Below, piece after piece: positions 43,616 through 53,946 of a stretch of DNA of 64,000 nucleotides. Position numbers and translations under genes: made by a program. The number at the start of each line of letters is the position of its first letter. Positions within the stretch are counted from its first letter, which is position 1. Below the pieces are notes generated by a model. It did no database searches, was not told the origin of the DNA, and saw only the letters and a program-made list of their open reading frames with translations. Origin of the DNA: Ignavibacteriota bacterium (GTDB taxonomy: Bacteria > Bacteroidota > Ignavibacteria > UBA10030 > UBA6906); NCBI GenBank assembly GCA_016218065.1, contig JACRFA010000003.1, positions 10,090 through 74,089 on the forward strand, given 5' to 3'.

Positions 43616-45955
43616 ATGAGAACCGAAACAGAATACAATTTGCGGCGCGTGCAGGCACACCAACCGCTGATCAGAGATTATCCGGCGGTGTTACTGCGCG
43701 GCAAGTGGATCATTCTTGGCGTGACGTTCTTGTCGCTCGTCGCGGCGTTCGTCTTCACGAAACTACGCCAACCGACGTATCAGGCAAGTACGGCCGTCAT
43801 GATTCAGACCCGCATTGCGGAATCCGGCGGGTTGTTTATTCCCGCGGTCGGGAGCGCTATCGTGACGAACATTCGCCAAAACGAACTGGAGATTCTACGC
43901 TCGCAATCGCTCGCCGAGTCGGTTGCCCGACGATTGATCCGCCAGATGTATATCGACTCGTCGGCACGACAAATGATCGATATTATCCTTCCGGCGGAAG
44001 ACGATAAGGGCAAGCGCACCGTGGCGTCGGTCGAGCAAGTCGTGAAGCGGCTTTCGACGGCTGTAGATTTTGTGACGGTTCGTGAATCCGATGTGATTAA
44101 GATTATCGCGAAGAGCAAGGACGCGAGGGAAGCAGCATTGCTGGCAAATACGTTCACCGCCGAATACTACAATCGGAACGTGTATAAGAGCCGCGAGAAG
44201 TCACGGACGCTCCGCGAATTCTTGCAGACACAAGTCAATGAGCAGCGGACGAATCTCGACCGCCTGGAAGGCGCTTTGCAATCGTATATGGAGAAGAAGG
44301 GGATTGTCTCTCTCGACGAAGAATCGCGACGAATGATCGAACAGCTTTCACAACTCGAAGCGAATCGAGACGCCACGGATATCTCGTTGAAGACGATCGA
44401 ACGAACTCTCTCATTCTACAGAATGGAATTGCCGCAACAGGAACGAATGCTTGCCAACTCGATCGTGGGTGCGAGCGATCCGTATATCCAGAATCTTCAG
44501 GGTCAGCTTGCGTCGCTGGAAGTTCAGCGCGATGTCGCAATATCCAAGAATCCGCTGCTGGCCGGAAAGGAAGTCTTCAGCGACAAGTTGCGCGAAGTCG
44601 ATCAGCAGATTCAATCACTACAGGAAAAACTGAGGCTGCGCACGAAGGACTACATCGAAACGCTTGTGCCCTCCCCGGCCAATGTACAAGATCAAGCCTC
44701 GATCAATCCGTCTGCCTACCTCCGACAGGTGAAGCAACGCATTCTGGAGACGCAGGTTGAAATACAAGCGCTGACCGCAAAGAAAGAAGCGCTCAACCGC
44801 GTCGTTGCGGAGTATGAAGAACAGTTTGAGAAAATTCCCGGAAGAAATATTCAATACGCACGATTGGAACGCGGACGACAGGGAACGGAGAAGTTATTCA
44901 TTGTCTTGAATGATAAGTTGAACGAAGCGAACATCTCCGAGCAGTCGCAGTTCGGGCATATCGATATCATCGATCAAGCTGCTGTGCCGACCGATCCGTC
45001 AAGTCCAAACTTATTGTTGAATCTCGCGCTCGGCTTCGCGCTGGGATTCTTCATGAGCATTGTGATTGTTGTGGGACGCGAATATCGCGACGTCAGAATT
45101 CATACGCCGGAAGATCTGAAGCTCAAGGGACATTTCCCCGCAGCGGTCGTGACCAACATGAATTCAGAGATCAGGCGCTTCGATGGCAACCGCGTGCTCT
45201 CGACGTATGGGCGTCCCGTCGATCCGCATTTGCTGACGCTTGCCGATTCGTTTTCGCCTGTTGCTGAGTCGTACAGGAAACTGCGGACGACAGTGCAGTT
45301 TGATCGCGCGGACAAACGCCCGCAGTCGATTCTTGTCTCCAGCGCGAATAGCGGCGAGGGGAAGTCAACGACGGCCTCGAATCTTGCCGTTGCGTATGCG
45401 CAGTCCGGCCTGATGACGTTGCTGGTCGACTGCAACTTGCGGCGACCGCGGCAGCACGGCATATTCGATGTGTATCAGACTCCCGGACTCACGGAACTGC
45501 TGACCGGTCGAGCGGGGTACGACAATGTGGTTCAAATGACGGCGCAAGATCATCTGCATATTCTTTGCTCAGGGTCGGCGATCGCGCATCCGGCAGAACT
45601 ACTCAGCTCGGATCAAATGAAGGACTTGCTGGAACAGGCAAAAGTCGAATACGACGTCATCGTTCTCGACTCTCCGCCAATCCTTTCCGTTGCCGATGCA
45701 AGTATTCTCTCGACGTGTGTTGATTGCACCATCATGGTTGTTGCAGCAGGCGTGACGCGCATGGAAGAGTTGGAGCGCAGCATCGAAATGTTCGGCGCGG
45801 TGAGTTCTTCGCTTCCGAAATTTGTGCTGAACATGTTTGATCAACAACGTGCATACGGAATTTCGTACAAGCGATCCGGCTACAGTTATTATGGCGACGC
45901 AAAGAGGAAAAAGCGAAGAAGCGAACGTACATCCACCGAACAGAAAACTACATAG
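43616..45955 (+). CDS. Polysaccharide co-polymerase / tyrosine autokinase (Wzz domain plus CpsD-like P-loop; Wzc/GumC-like)
   Basis: Two TM segments flank a long coiled-coil region. Walker A is SANSGEGKST and Walker B-like is VIVLDSPP. The C-terminal tail is Tyr-rich (YGISYKRSGYSYYG). Confidence 0.9.
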   Translation: MRTETEYNLRRVQAHQPLIRDYPAVLLRGKWIILGVTFLSLVAAFVFTKLRQPTYQASTAVMIQTRIAESGGLFIPAVGSAIVTNIRQNELEILRSQSLAESVARRLIRQMYIDSSARQMIDIILPAEDDKGKRTVASVEQVVKRLSTAVDFVTVRESDVIKIIAKSKDAREAALLANTFTAEYYNRNVYKSREKSRTLREFLQTQVNEQRTNLDRLEGALQSYMEKKGIVSLDEESRRMIEQLSQLEANRDATDISLKTIERTLSFYRMELPQQERMLANSIVGASDPYIQNLQGQLASLEVQRDVAISKNPLLAGKEVFSDKLREVDQQIQSLQEKLRLRTKDYIETLVPSPANVQDQASINPSAYLRQVKQRILETQVEIQALTAKKEALNRVVAEYEEQFEKIPGRNIQYARLERGRQGTEKLFIVLNDKLNEANISEQSQFGHIDIIDQAAVPTDPSSPNLLLNLALGFALGFFMSIVIVVGREYRDVRIHTPEDLKLKGHFPAAVVTNMNSEIRRFDGNRVLSTYGRPVDPHLLTLADSFSPVAESYRKLRTTVQFDRADKRPQSILVSSANSGEGKSTTASNLAVAYAQSGLMTLLVDCNLRRPRQHGIFDVYQTPGLTELLTGRAGYDNVVQMTAQDHLHILCSGSAIAHPAELLSSDQMKDLLEQAKVEYDVIVLDSPPILSVADASILSTCVDCTIMVVAAGVTRMEELERSIEMFGAVSSSLPKFVLNMFDQQRAYGISYKRSGYSYYGDAKRKKRRSERTSTEQKTT

Positions 45956-45962
45956 TCGGCAC

Positions 45963-46460
45963 ATGAAGATCACGGCAACATGTCTCTTGTTCATTGCGTT
46001 AGCGGGCGCAGCAGACGCTCAGATTGGCAATAGCAATTTCTCGACAACAGTCCCTAACGCGCAAGCGGGGGCGTACTACTACGTCGCACGTCCCAATGAA
46101 ATGACCATGCAGGTCAACATCTGGGGGTTCGTGCAGCATCCGGGTAGATACGAAGTCGCGACCGCAACGGATCTTGTGCAGTTGCTTTCTTATGCCGGCG
46201 GACCAACGCCCGATGCCGATATCGAAGACGTGAAAATCACACGCATCATCCGAAAGGACGGGCATGTTTTCGTCAAAGAACTGCGGCTCGACATGGAGCG
46301 CCTTGATCGGGTGGACGAAGGGAAGCTCATGCTGCAACCGGGCGACACGATCTTCATCGATCATACGTCGTGGGTGACAGTACGCGATATTGTCGGCGTC
46401 GTGACCACTGCCGCGATCGTTACGGCTGCCGTCGCGCAAGTGTTGAACTACACGAAGTAA
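45963..46460 (+). CDS. SLBB-domain polysaccharide export protein (short Wza-like)
   Basis: The ATG at 45963 gives MKITATCLLFIALAGAADAQ. VNIWGFVQHPGRYEV...LVQLLSYAGGPT fits an SLBB domain. The C-terminus has a hydrophobic segment. Confidence 0.7.
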   Translation: MKITATCLLFIALAGAADAQIGNSNFSTTVPNAQAGAYYYVARPNEMTMQVNIWGFVQHPGRYEVATATDLVQLLSYAGGPTPDADIEDVKITRIIRKDGHVFVKELRLDMERLDRVDEGKLMLQPGDTIFIDHTSWVTVRDIVGVVTTAAIVTAAVAQVLNYTK

Positions 46461-46748
46461 TGTTCGATCGAGAGGCTGATCTCAGGCTCGTGAGACGACG
46501 TGCTGCTTTGCTCCTTCACAATGAGAAGTCTCGATGCGGGTGGAGTCGGTGGTGTTACCCATGTGTGTTACTATATGTGATGATGGTGAAAGCGTGATGG
46601 GCATTGCAAATAAAAATCTGAACACCTATCTTACGCCGTGTTCTGTGAATTGTGAATTGATAGTCGTGCCCCTCGTAAGTGGCCCGCATCTATTTCAAGG
46701 GGAAATTCGCAACACGAACACTCCTTCACGACATGGATTGCGGGCTTC

Positions 46749-48272
46749 ATGATTTCGTCATCGACGGCTCCTCATACGCAACGCGAAGAGATCCTCAAGC
46801 GCACCTTCTCCGGTGCGAAGTGGATGTTGTATCTCTCCGGCTCTGCCCTCGTCGCGGGCTTCTGCACCAATGTTCTTCTTGGCCGGCTGGGCGCCGAAAT
46901 GCTCGGCCTGTACACTCTCCTGATGCTCATCGTCAGCATGATTCAGACGTTCTTCGTTTTCGGAGCGTCGAATGTGCTCGTCAATTATCTTCCCAATCTG
47001 CAGCGTGAGAACAAGCCGAAGTTCATACTGAGCTACAGCGTACTTGTCTATGGCGTGGGAGCGATGTTGCTCGGCATCTGTCTCCTCTTCCCGCAGGTGA
47101 TGGGTCTTGTGTTCAAGAGTGAGTTGAACATTTCGACCTCACTGTATCTGATCGTGCTGGTTCCCATCCTCCTTGCGCAAGTATTAGTCTGGGCGATTTT
47201 GCAAGCTGAGCTGGAGGGAACAGTGCTTGCGATCTCGCAGAATGCCGTCTCGTGGTTCTATCTTGTTACGGTTGCGCTGCTCTTCGTAACCGGATTTCTC
47301 ACCAGCGAATCTTCGGGTAGCTATCTGTTCACGGCGATCGTTGCAGCGAACGTGATCGCGTTTCTGATCGGGATCGTCTATGTGCGTCGCGAATATCTTC
47401 CCACCGGATCGTTTGCGGGCAGTTGGTTTCTTCCAAAGGGATTCTGGTCGTTCACGCTTGCCCTGCACTTCGGCACGCTCTTCAATTTTTTGATTACGAA
47501 TGCTGCGCCGATGTTCGTTGTCCGAGAGTTGAGTTTGCGCGACCTGGGATATTATCGCGCGGCCGCGGTGTTTGCCGGCTTCGTTCCCTGGGTGCCGTCG
47601 GTGTTTGATCGCTCGTTCTATCCGTCGTTCTGTAATCTCGTCAGCAAGAAGCTTCCGACGCACGATGTCTATGGGAAATTCGCCCGCCTCAACGCGATGA
47701 GCAGCGGCATTGTTGCGCTGACGATTCTGCTGTTTGCGCGGGAGTTTCTGAGTGTGTTCGGGAAAGAATTCAGCGACAGCTCATACATTATGCTCGCATT
47801 GCTTGCGATCGGGTACGTCGTCTCGACGCCATTTGTGTCGATCAACTTCGCGCTCGTCACAGCGCATTTGAAGACGCCACACACAATGGCTGCCTATGCC
47901 ATCACCGCCTTCTGTGGAATCGTACTCTTCAGCATTCTCGCTCCGGCGTATGGCCTGCTCGGGATCGGCATCGCCTTCATCGGCCTCCAAATTGTTTTGC
48001 TGGCTTTCAGCATCGGGTTGACTTGGCATTTTACGAGATCGCAGTTTCCGTTGCGGGCATTTGCCATTACGCTGCTTGTGACTGCAGTCGGAAGTTGTGG
48101 AGCGTACTATTTCGGAACAGTCTCGCTGCTCAACACGGCAATCAAGGCCGGGATGTTCGTTCTGTTCTTTGTCAGTCTCATCGCGACGCGACTGATCACG
48201 ATAGATGAAGTGAAGGAAATGCTGCGTGTGCTCTTGCCCCAATCACGGACCATTGGAGTGCAGGAGCAATGA
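46749..48272 (+). CDS. Oligosaccharide flippase (Wzx/MOP superfamily)
   Basis: About 500 aa with many predicted TM helices. Its position is typical of Wzx in a Wzx/Wzy-type locus. Confidence 0.8.
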   Translation: MISSSTAPHTQREEILKRTFSGAKWMLYLSGSALVAGFCTNVLLGRLGAEMLGLYTLLMLIVSMIQTFFVFGASNVLVNYLPNLQRENKPKFILSYSVLVYGVGAMLLGICLLFPQVMGLVFKSELNISTSLYLIVLVPILLAQVLVWAILQAELEGTVLAISQNAVSWFYLVTVALLFVTGFLTSESSGSYLFTAIVAANVIAFLIGIVYVRREYLPTGSFAGSWFLPKGFWSFTLALHFGTLFNFLITNAAPMFVVRELSLRDLGYYRAAAVFAGFVPWVPSVFDRSFYPSFCNLVSKKLPTHDVYGKFARLNAMSSGIVALTILLFAREFLSVFGKEFSDSSYIMLALLAIGYVVSTPFVSINFALVTAHLKTPHTMAAYAITAFCGIVLFSILAPAYGLLGIGIAFIGLQIVLLAFSIGLTWHFTRSQFPLRAFAITLLVTAVGSCGAYYFGTVSLLNTAIKAGMFVLFFVSLIATRLITIDEVKEMLRVLLPQSRTIGVQEQ

Positions 48273-49651
48273 ACCCGATGCGCATCTATATCATGATTGG
48301 CAGTGTCATCCTGAGCGCGATGCTATTCTTTGCCATTGCCGTTGCTGAGGTCAATCCCGATTACGTTGCGATGGTGTTCGTCGTATTGCTCGCGATTGCC
48401 GCTATGAAAGATCTCCGCGTGCTGCTTGTCGGATGGTTCTTGATGTCGCCGTACCTTTCCCCCTTTGGGTTGAAGGGAGCGGCAAACATCGCAAGCAATT
48501 TTTCGCACAACGTCATCGTGCCGGTAATCGCCATCGCCATCTTGTCCGCAGTGTTCCTCCGATATCGGACAATCAAAGTGAGCAAAGTGGATTTGCTGTG
48601 GGTGGCATTCATCGCCTACTCATTTGTGTCGTCGTTCCTTGCAACCCAGGGGCGCTACGACGATATGAGGATGATCTATCTGATCTACGCGCTTCCGTTC
48701 CTGTTGTTCATCGTCATCAGAAACATTCACGTGGACAGCATCCTGCTGAAGATGTTTGCCTACGCAGCGATCTTCCATCTGGTGATGCTTCTCTTGATTT
48801 TTGTGTATGAGACGCTCACGGGAGAAGTACTCTATATGTCTCAGTTGGATTGGAACGATGTTGGTCTTCGTCGCCGATTCGCAGGGCCTTTCGGCAGCCC
48901 GATCATCGTGGGCATCTTCATTCCCATTGTGTTTCTCTTTATCTATCAGGGATTTCGTTTCAACGTGATTCCGCGTATGGTGATGTGGGGAAGCGCCGTC
49001 ATCTCGGCATTGCTCATCCTTGTTACGTTTACGAGATCGGTCTGGCTGGGCGCCTTCGCGGCGTTTCTGTACATCTTGTACCGGACGAGTGAGCAGGGCG
49101 CAGAAAAGCTCATCCGCGTGGCATTGTTCATCGTGGTTGTGGGGGTGATTGTTGGCGTCATCACCTACGCATCGCCCGCGGTGCAGGAACGTCTCACGGG
49201 AGAGGAGAATGCAAACTTCCGCATTGTAATGGCGCAGGCGAGCATCAACATGATTCTCGACAGCCCATTTGTAGGCTGGGGCGCCGGAACGTTCGACGAA
49301 GTGTCCGATCGTTACCTGTTTGATGCACTCGGCGTGTACATCACGAAGGACACATCTCACGTCACGATCTTGACAATTCTCGCCGAGCTTGGGATTGTTG
49401 GAGCTGTCTTCTATCTATCGTTTTTCATTTTCAGTTTGAGAAGGAAGGGAGTTCGGATTACCGATCTGTCGGGCGACGACCGGCTGATCGTAGCAATCAA
49501 CATCGCGTGCGTCATTTCATTTGTCATCAACGCATTTCTCATCGACATGCGGTTCTATTCAGTAGCCTATGCCTGGCTTTTTGTGAATCTCGGCTTTATC
49601 GACAATATCTATCGCGACAACTCAACGATCGAGGGCTACAAGTATGCATAG
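48269..49651 (+). CDS. O-antigen ligase/polymerase family membrane protein (Wzy-like)
   Basis: Polytopic membrane protein with a large loop. Contains FTRSVWLGAF, typical of the Wzy_C domain. ATGA overlap with the preceding gene. Confidence 0.75.
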   Translation: MNPMRIYIMIGSVILSAMLFFAIAVAEVNPDYVAMVFVVLLAIAAMKDLRVLLVGWFLMSPYLSPFGLKGAANIASNFSHNVIVPVIAIAILSAVFLRYRTIKVSKVDLLWVAFIAYSFVSSFLATQGRYDDMRMIYLIYALPFLLFIVIRNIHVDSILLKMFAYAAIFHLVMLLLIFVYETLTGEVLYMSQLDWNDVGLRRRFAGPFGSPIIVGIFIPIVFLFIYQGFRFNVIPRMVMWGSAVISALLILVTFTRSVWLGAFAAFLYILYRTSEQGAEKLIRVALFIVVVGVIVGVITYASPAVQERLTGEENANFRIVMAQASINMILDSPFVGWGAGTFDEVSDRYLFDALGVYITKDTSHVTILTILAELGIVGAVFYLSFFIFSLRRKGVRITDLSGDDRLIVAINIACVISFVINAFLIDMRFYSVAYAWLFVNLGFIDNIYRDNSTIEGYKYA

Positions 49652-50837
49652 CACGTCGAGTATGTCGGGCAAACCTCTGCGCATCATGCTGATCTCCGAT
49701 TACCCCTACAAGGGAGTTATCATCGGCGGACTCGAATCGGCGGTGCAGATCCTGGCAAAGGCGCTCTCAGAATTGCAGGCCGTGGAGAAAGTTCTCGTCG
49801 TGAATTTCCGGACCAATATTGACCGCGATGAAACCGTCGCCATCAACGACAAGCTGGATATTGCGTACGTGATCGGTCAAAAACATTATGCGCTTCCAAC
49901 CAAATCGTACTTCGATCTGGTGAACGCACGGCGGATTGCCGCGCAATTCCGGCCGGATGTTGTGCACGGCCAAGGCACCGGAATGCAGGGAGACATTGCC
50001 ACGAGGCTCGGCTATCCGTCGGCTGTGACGATTCACGGCGTTGGCGTGTTCGAAGCGGAGTTGCGCGAGAAGCATCATCGCTTCATCGGCCCAATCCGCG
50101 TTCGGCTGACCAAGGAGATGACAAAACGCGTCGAGCATTCTGCTCATGTGATGATTTCGATTTCTGAATTTGATCGCGAGTATCTTGCACAAACGCGTTC
50201 CTCAAATGTCGTCGGCATTCCAAACGCAGTCCGATCGGAATTTTTCGAGAGACTACCCGCGCCTGCGAATGGCAAACGTATTCTGTTCGGCGGGCTCATC
50301 ATCCTTCGGAAGAACGTTGCCGGTTTGATTCGAGCCTTTGCGCGTGTGAAGCAGGCTGTTCCTGATGCCGTACTCGACATCGTGGGTCTCGCTCCTGATG
50401 CCGCGTACTACAAGGAAGTTCAATCTGCCATGGAAGATTCGTTGCGCGAGAGCGTGATCTTTCATGGCGGGGTGAACGGAGATGCGCTCGTGCAGCTCAT
50501 GAACGGCGCGAGCGTATCTGTTCTCTTTTCGATTTACGAGAACCTGCCGTGCATCATTGCCGAGTCGCTCGCGTTGGGGAAGCCCGTCGTTTCTTCGCGC
50601 GTTGGCTCGATACACGAGATGGTGCGTGACGGGTACAACGGATTTCTTGTCGAATCGGAAAACGAAGCAGCGCTCGCAGAGCGTCTGATCCTGCTGCTCA
50701 ATGATGAACAGCTTCGGCTGAACATGGGTTGCCGCGGTCGCGAGCTTGCGATTGAGCGCTGGCTTCCCGAGAAAGTCGCGAACGACACCGTGAGTGCGTA
50801 TCGCCAGGCTATTGCTGTAGCTGCGTCGAATGCCTGA
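49644..50837 (+). CDS. Glycosyltransferase family 4
   Basis: GT-B fold pattern: N-terminal LRIMLISDYP...GG, and C-terminal E(x7)E-type region YENLPCIIAESLALGKPVVSSRVGSIHEMV. Confidence 0.85.
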   Translation: MHSTSSMSGKPLRIMLISDYPYKGVIIGGLESAVQILAKALSELQAVEKVLVVNFRTNIDRDETVAINDKLDIAYVIGQKHYALPTKSYFDLVNARRIAAQFRPDVVHGQGTGMQGDIATRLGYPSAVTIHGVGVFEAELREKHHRFIGPIRVRLTKEMTKRVEHSAHVMISISEFDREYLAQTRSSNVVGIPNAVRSEFFERLPAPANGKRILFGGLIILRKNVAGLIRAFARVKQAVPDAVLDIVGLAPDAAYYKEVQSAMEDSLRESVIFHGGVNGDALVQLMNGASVSVLFSIYENLPCIIAESLALGKPVVSSRVGSIHEMVRDGYNGFLVESENEAALAERLILLLNDEQLRLNMGCRGRELAIERWLPEKVANDTVSAYRQAIAVAASNA

Positions 50838-50907
50838 CGCAGCTGTACTACTTGCAAGCGGAAACTCCGCTGCAGACTGCTGTTGAAAATGAACAAAGGG
50901 ACAAACT

Positions 50908-51621
50908 ATGATAGTCAAAAAGCCAAAGACAGCCGAGATGAACCCGGGTCCGGGGTTCCGGATTCGGTGCAACGACTCGCGTCCACCGCAGGATGTCATC
51001 GACGGGTTCCGCGACTTTCCTTCGCCGGATGTTTCGGATATCATGAACCGCTTGTACACAATGACGCGTGAGATCAAGAATCTCACCAATCCCGATCTGA
51101 CGATTCTGGGTCCGGCGTGCACTGTGCGCGTGTTTCCGGGCGACAACCTCATGGTGCACAAGTCGCTCGACATTGCGAAGCCGGGCGACGTTATTGTTGT
51201 CGACGCGGGCGGATCGCCGATGAACGCTGTGCTCGGCGATCTGGTTTCGACGAAGGCCCGCCATCGCGGCATCACAGGGTTTGTTGTAGATGGACTGGTA
51301 CGCGACATCGAAGGTATTCTTGAATTGAGAATGCCGGTGTTCGCCCGCGGCGTTACGCCCATTGGTCCGCTGCATCGCGGTCCCGGCGAAGTCAACTACC
51401 CGATTCAGTGCGGCGGCATTGTTGTGCATCCCGGCGACATTGTCATGGGCGACATGAATGGCGTCGTCATCGTGCCGCAGGAAGTTGCACTCTCGGTGTT
51501 GACGCAATTGAGAAATCGGAAGGAAGGAGAAGCCGCATATTTGCAGGCGGTGAAGCGCGGCGAGTTCTCCAACGAGTGGGTTGATAAGATGCTGGATGAA
51601 GCCGGCTGCATACGAAATTGA
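50908..51621 (+). CDS. RraA-like protein (RraA / 4-hydroxy-4-methyl-2-oxoglutarate aldolase / oxaloacetate decarboxylase family)
   Basis: GDVIVVDAGG...AVLGDLVSTKARHRGITGFVVDGLVRD...PVFARG...GDIVMGDMNGVVIVP is characteristic of PF03737-type proteins. Confidence 0.8.
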   Translation: MIVKKPKTAEMNPGPGFRIRCNDSRPPQDVIDGFRDFPSPDVSDIMNRLYTMTREIKNLTNPDLTILGPACTVRVFPGDNLMVHKSLDIAKPGDVIVVDAGGSPMNAVLGDLVSTKARHRGITGFVVDGLVRDIEGILELRMPVFARGVTPIGPLHRGPGEVNYPIQCGGIVVHPGDIVMGDMNGVVIVPQEVALSVLTQLRNRKEGEAAYLQAVKRGEFSNEWVDKMLDEAGCIRN

Positions 51622-52691
51622 ATCCTTCACTGATCCGCGCAACTCGTGGACTGTATTATCTGCGTGAAGTGTGGAACAAAGTCGTCCATCCGGCTTCACG
51701 CAGGAATGAACATGCGCGGTCGGAATTCTACGAGCGCTTGTGGCGCACGGCAGCGGAGCAGATCGGTGCGACATTCAAGGCGTTCGGCGATGGCTATTTC
51801 GAAATCCGCTTGCGCGGCCGGCGCACATTGATCTGGCAGGGTTTGGTTCAGGTCGACGATCCCGTCACGCTCAAGCTGGCGGGCAACAAACCGATGGTGC
51901 ATAAGCTGCTTGCGGAGAAAGGGATTCGAGTTCCGCGGCATGCTGTATTTACGGTTGACGCGTTGGCGGCGGCGAAGCAATTTCTGTATGCATCAGGCGG
52001 CGCGTGTGTTGTGAAGCCGGCAGCCGACACAGGCGCTGGCGACGGCGTGACTACTCACGTCCGCACAGAAAGTGAGCTTCATCGTGCGATTGCGTTTGCG
52101 TCGATCTTCAGCTCGACATTGATGATCGAAGAGCAGATACGCGGCGACTCGTACCGACTTTTGTATTTTGATGGAACGCTGCTGCATGCTCTTCATCGAA
52201 AACCGCCGCATGTTGTCGGGGATGGTAAATCAACTGTTCGTCAGTTGATTGCTGCTGAGAACAACAAGCGGCAACACAATGCAGGCAGCGCCGCGGTCAC
52301 TCGATTGCATCTTGACCCCGATTGCACTGCAACGTTGCGCGCATCCGGGCTGAGTGTGCATTCGGTTCTCCCGCGCGGGCAAGAGATCGCGGTGAAAACC
52401 GTTGTGAATGAAAACTCAAAGGAAGATAACCTGACGGTGACTTCATTAATCGAAGAGCAGCTCATACGCGAGGGCGCATTGGCGGCAGAGACGCTGGGCA
52501 TTCGGCTTGCTGCCGTTGACGTCATCACATCAAATCCATCACTCTCTCTTGCAGAGGCAAACGGAGCCGTTATCGAAGTGAATACAACACCCGGTCTTCA
52601 TCATCACTACAATGTTGCCAATCCGGAACTACGCGATTGTATCGCAGCGCCGATCTTGCGGACGCTGCTCGGCGAAACGGAGCGTGGATAA
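51618..52691 (+). CDS. ATP-grasp ligase resembling the N-terminal ATP-grasp module of cyanophycin synthetase
   Basis: DKPMVHKLLAEKGIRVPRH...VVKPA..TGAGDGV...MIEEQIRGDSYRLLYFDG.LLHALHRKPPHVVGDGKSTVRQLI...AVDVI...GAVIEVNTTPGLHHH. The start is a TTG overlapping the upstream stop codon and is uncertain. Confidence 0.75.
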   Translation: MNPSLIRATRGLYYLREVWNKVVHPASRRNEHARSEFYERLWRTAAEQIGATFKAFGDGYFEIRLRGRRTLIWQGLVQVDDPVTLKLAGNKPMVHKLLAEKGIRVPRHAVFTVDALAAAKQFLYASGGACVVKPAADTGAGDGVTTHVRTESELHRAIAFASIFSSTLMIEEQIRGDSYRLLYFDGTLLHALHRKPPHVVGDGKSTVRQLIAAENNKRQHNAGSAAVTRLHLDPDCTATLRASGLSVHSVLPRGQEIAVKTVVNENSKEDNLTVTSLIEEQLIREGALAAETLGIRLAAVDVITSNPSLSLAEANGAVIEVNTTPGLHHHYNVANPELRDCIAAPILRTLLGETERG

Positions 52692-53942
52692 ATGCTCTTC
52701 CTGACCTCAATCAACTCGTCCCTTCCGCCTGCGATCTTGCTCGGCGGCGGCGCCAATGCGCTCTCGGCTGCACGCAGTTTGCGTCGCCAGGGCATTGCCG
52801 TGTACTCGCTCGGAAATGTTCCCGACGTCGCATTCAGCCGTTGTTGTGTCAGAATTCCCACGCCGGTTGGCGGCAATATTCAGCAACAGTGGTATGTGTG
52901 GCTTGACGACACGGGGAGAAAGAAGTTCAAGGGAGCGGCCATCATTCCGTGCGGTGATGATGGATTGGAATTCGTCGCGAGAAATCGCGTTGCATTTGGT
53001 GAAGACTTTCTGATCTACGAAGCGAACGACGATGTGTTGCTCGCCATGCTCGACAAGGCAGCGTCCTACAAGCTGGCGAAGAACGTTGGTGTGCCCGGTC
53101 CTGAAACGTGGGTCGTGAATACGCATGAGGATCTTCTGACAGTGCTGAACTCCGTGAAATATCCGTGCGGACTGAAGCCGAGAGTCTCCCATGAATTCAA
53201 AAAATATTTTCCACAAAAGCTCTTTGTCGCGAATGATGCGAACGAGCTGACAGCAGCGTTTGAGAAAGTCAATCGGTTCAATCTCGAAATGATCGTGACG
53301 GAATTGATTCCCGGCGGCGACAACGGATACTGCAGCTACTACACCTATCTGGATGAACGAGGCGAGCCGCTGTTTCACTTCACCAAACGAAAGCTTCGCC
53401 AGTATCCGAATGGTTTCGGTTTCGGCACGTATCACCTCACGGATTGGAATCCCGAAGTTGCCAAACTGGGGCTTCAATATTTTCAGGGAATTGGTTTGCG
53501 CGGACTCGCGAACGTGGAATTCAAACGCGATCCCCGTGACAGCAAACTCAAGCTCATCGAATGTAACCATCGCTTCACAGAAGCAAACGAGCAGGTGATG
53601 ATCGCGGGACTTGATCTCGCGCTGTTGGTGTATAATCGACTCACCGGCAGGCCTTTGCCTCGACTCGATTCGTACAGGCGAAACGTTGCGTTGGCAAAAC
53701 CGTGGCAAGACGTTCTTGCGTTTCACGGTCTTTTCAGAAGAGGTGAGATTTCGTTGGGCGAATGGCTGAAGAGCATCGCTCATGTTCCTCATCTACTCTA
53801 TTTCAAATGGTGGGATCCGATGCCGTCGTTCCATCAGAGCTATCTCTTCCTGAAACGGCAGGTGGGCAAAGTGACTGCTCGATTTGAAAGCCGCGTATCC
53901 TCGGCAACAACCATTCTGGCAACGAACAAAGCGACGAGGTAG
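52692..53942 (+). CDS. ATP-grasp carboxylate-amine ligase (COG3919-like)
   Basis: N-terminal Rossmann-like AILLGGGANALSAARSLRRQGIAVYSL. ATP-grasp core reads YPCGLKPRVSHEFKK...LEMIVTELIPGGDN...GLANVEFKRDPRDSKLKLIECNHRF. Confidence 0.75.
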   Translation: MLFLTSINSSLPPAILLGGGANALSAARSLRRQGIAVYSLGNVPDVAFSRCCVRIPTPVGGNIQQQWYVWLDDTGRKKFKGAAIIPCGDDGLEFVARNRVAFGEDFLIYEANDDVLLAMLDKAASYKLAKNVGVPGPETWVVNTHEDLLTVLNSVKYPCGLKPRVSHEFKKYFPQKLFVANDANELTAAFEKVNRFNLEMIVTELIPGGDNGYCSYYTYLDERGEPLFHFTKRKLRQYPNGFGFGTYHLTDWNPEVAKLGLQYFQGIGLRGLANVEFKRDPRDSKLKLIECNHRFTEANEQVMIAGLDLALLVYNRLTGRPLPRLDSYRRNVALAKPWQDVLAFHGLFRRGEISLGEWLKSIAHVPHLLYFKWWDPMPSFHQSYLFLKRQVGKVTARFESRVSSATTILATNKATR

Positions 53943-53946
53943 GAGA

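Noticed and set aside
50253-51774. Long minus-strand ORFs (50253-51395, 380 aa; 50848-51774, 308 aa) antisense to the GT4 and RraA-like genes
   Set aside because: Their sequences are low-complexity and Arg/Pro/Ser-rich with no motifs. They overlap well-supported plus-strand genes, so they are shadow ORFs of GC-rich coding DNA. The same reasoning applies to 52707-53792, 38762-39766, 40451-41626, 23709-24542, 3928-4695, 12247-12858, 48620-49360, 59360-60010 and 63453-63959.
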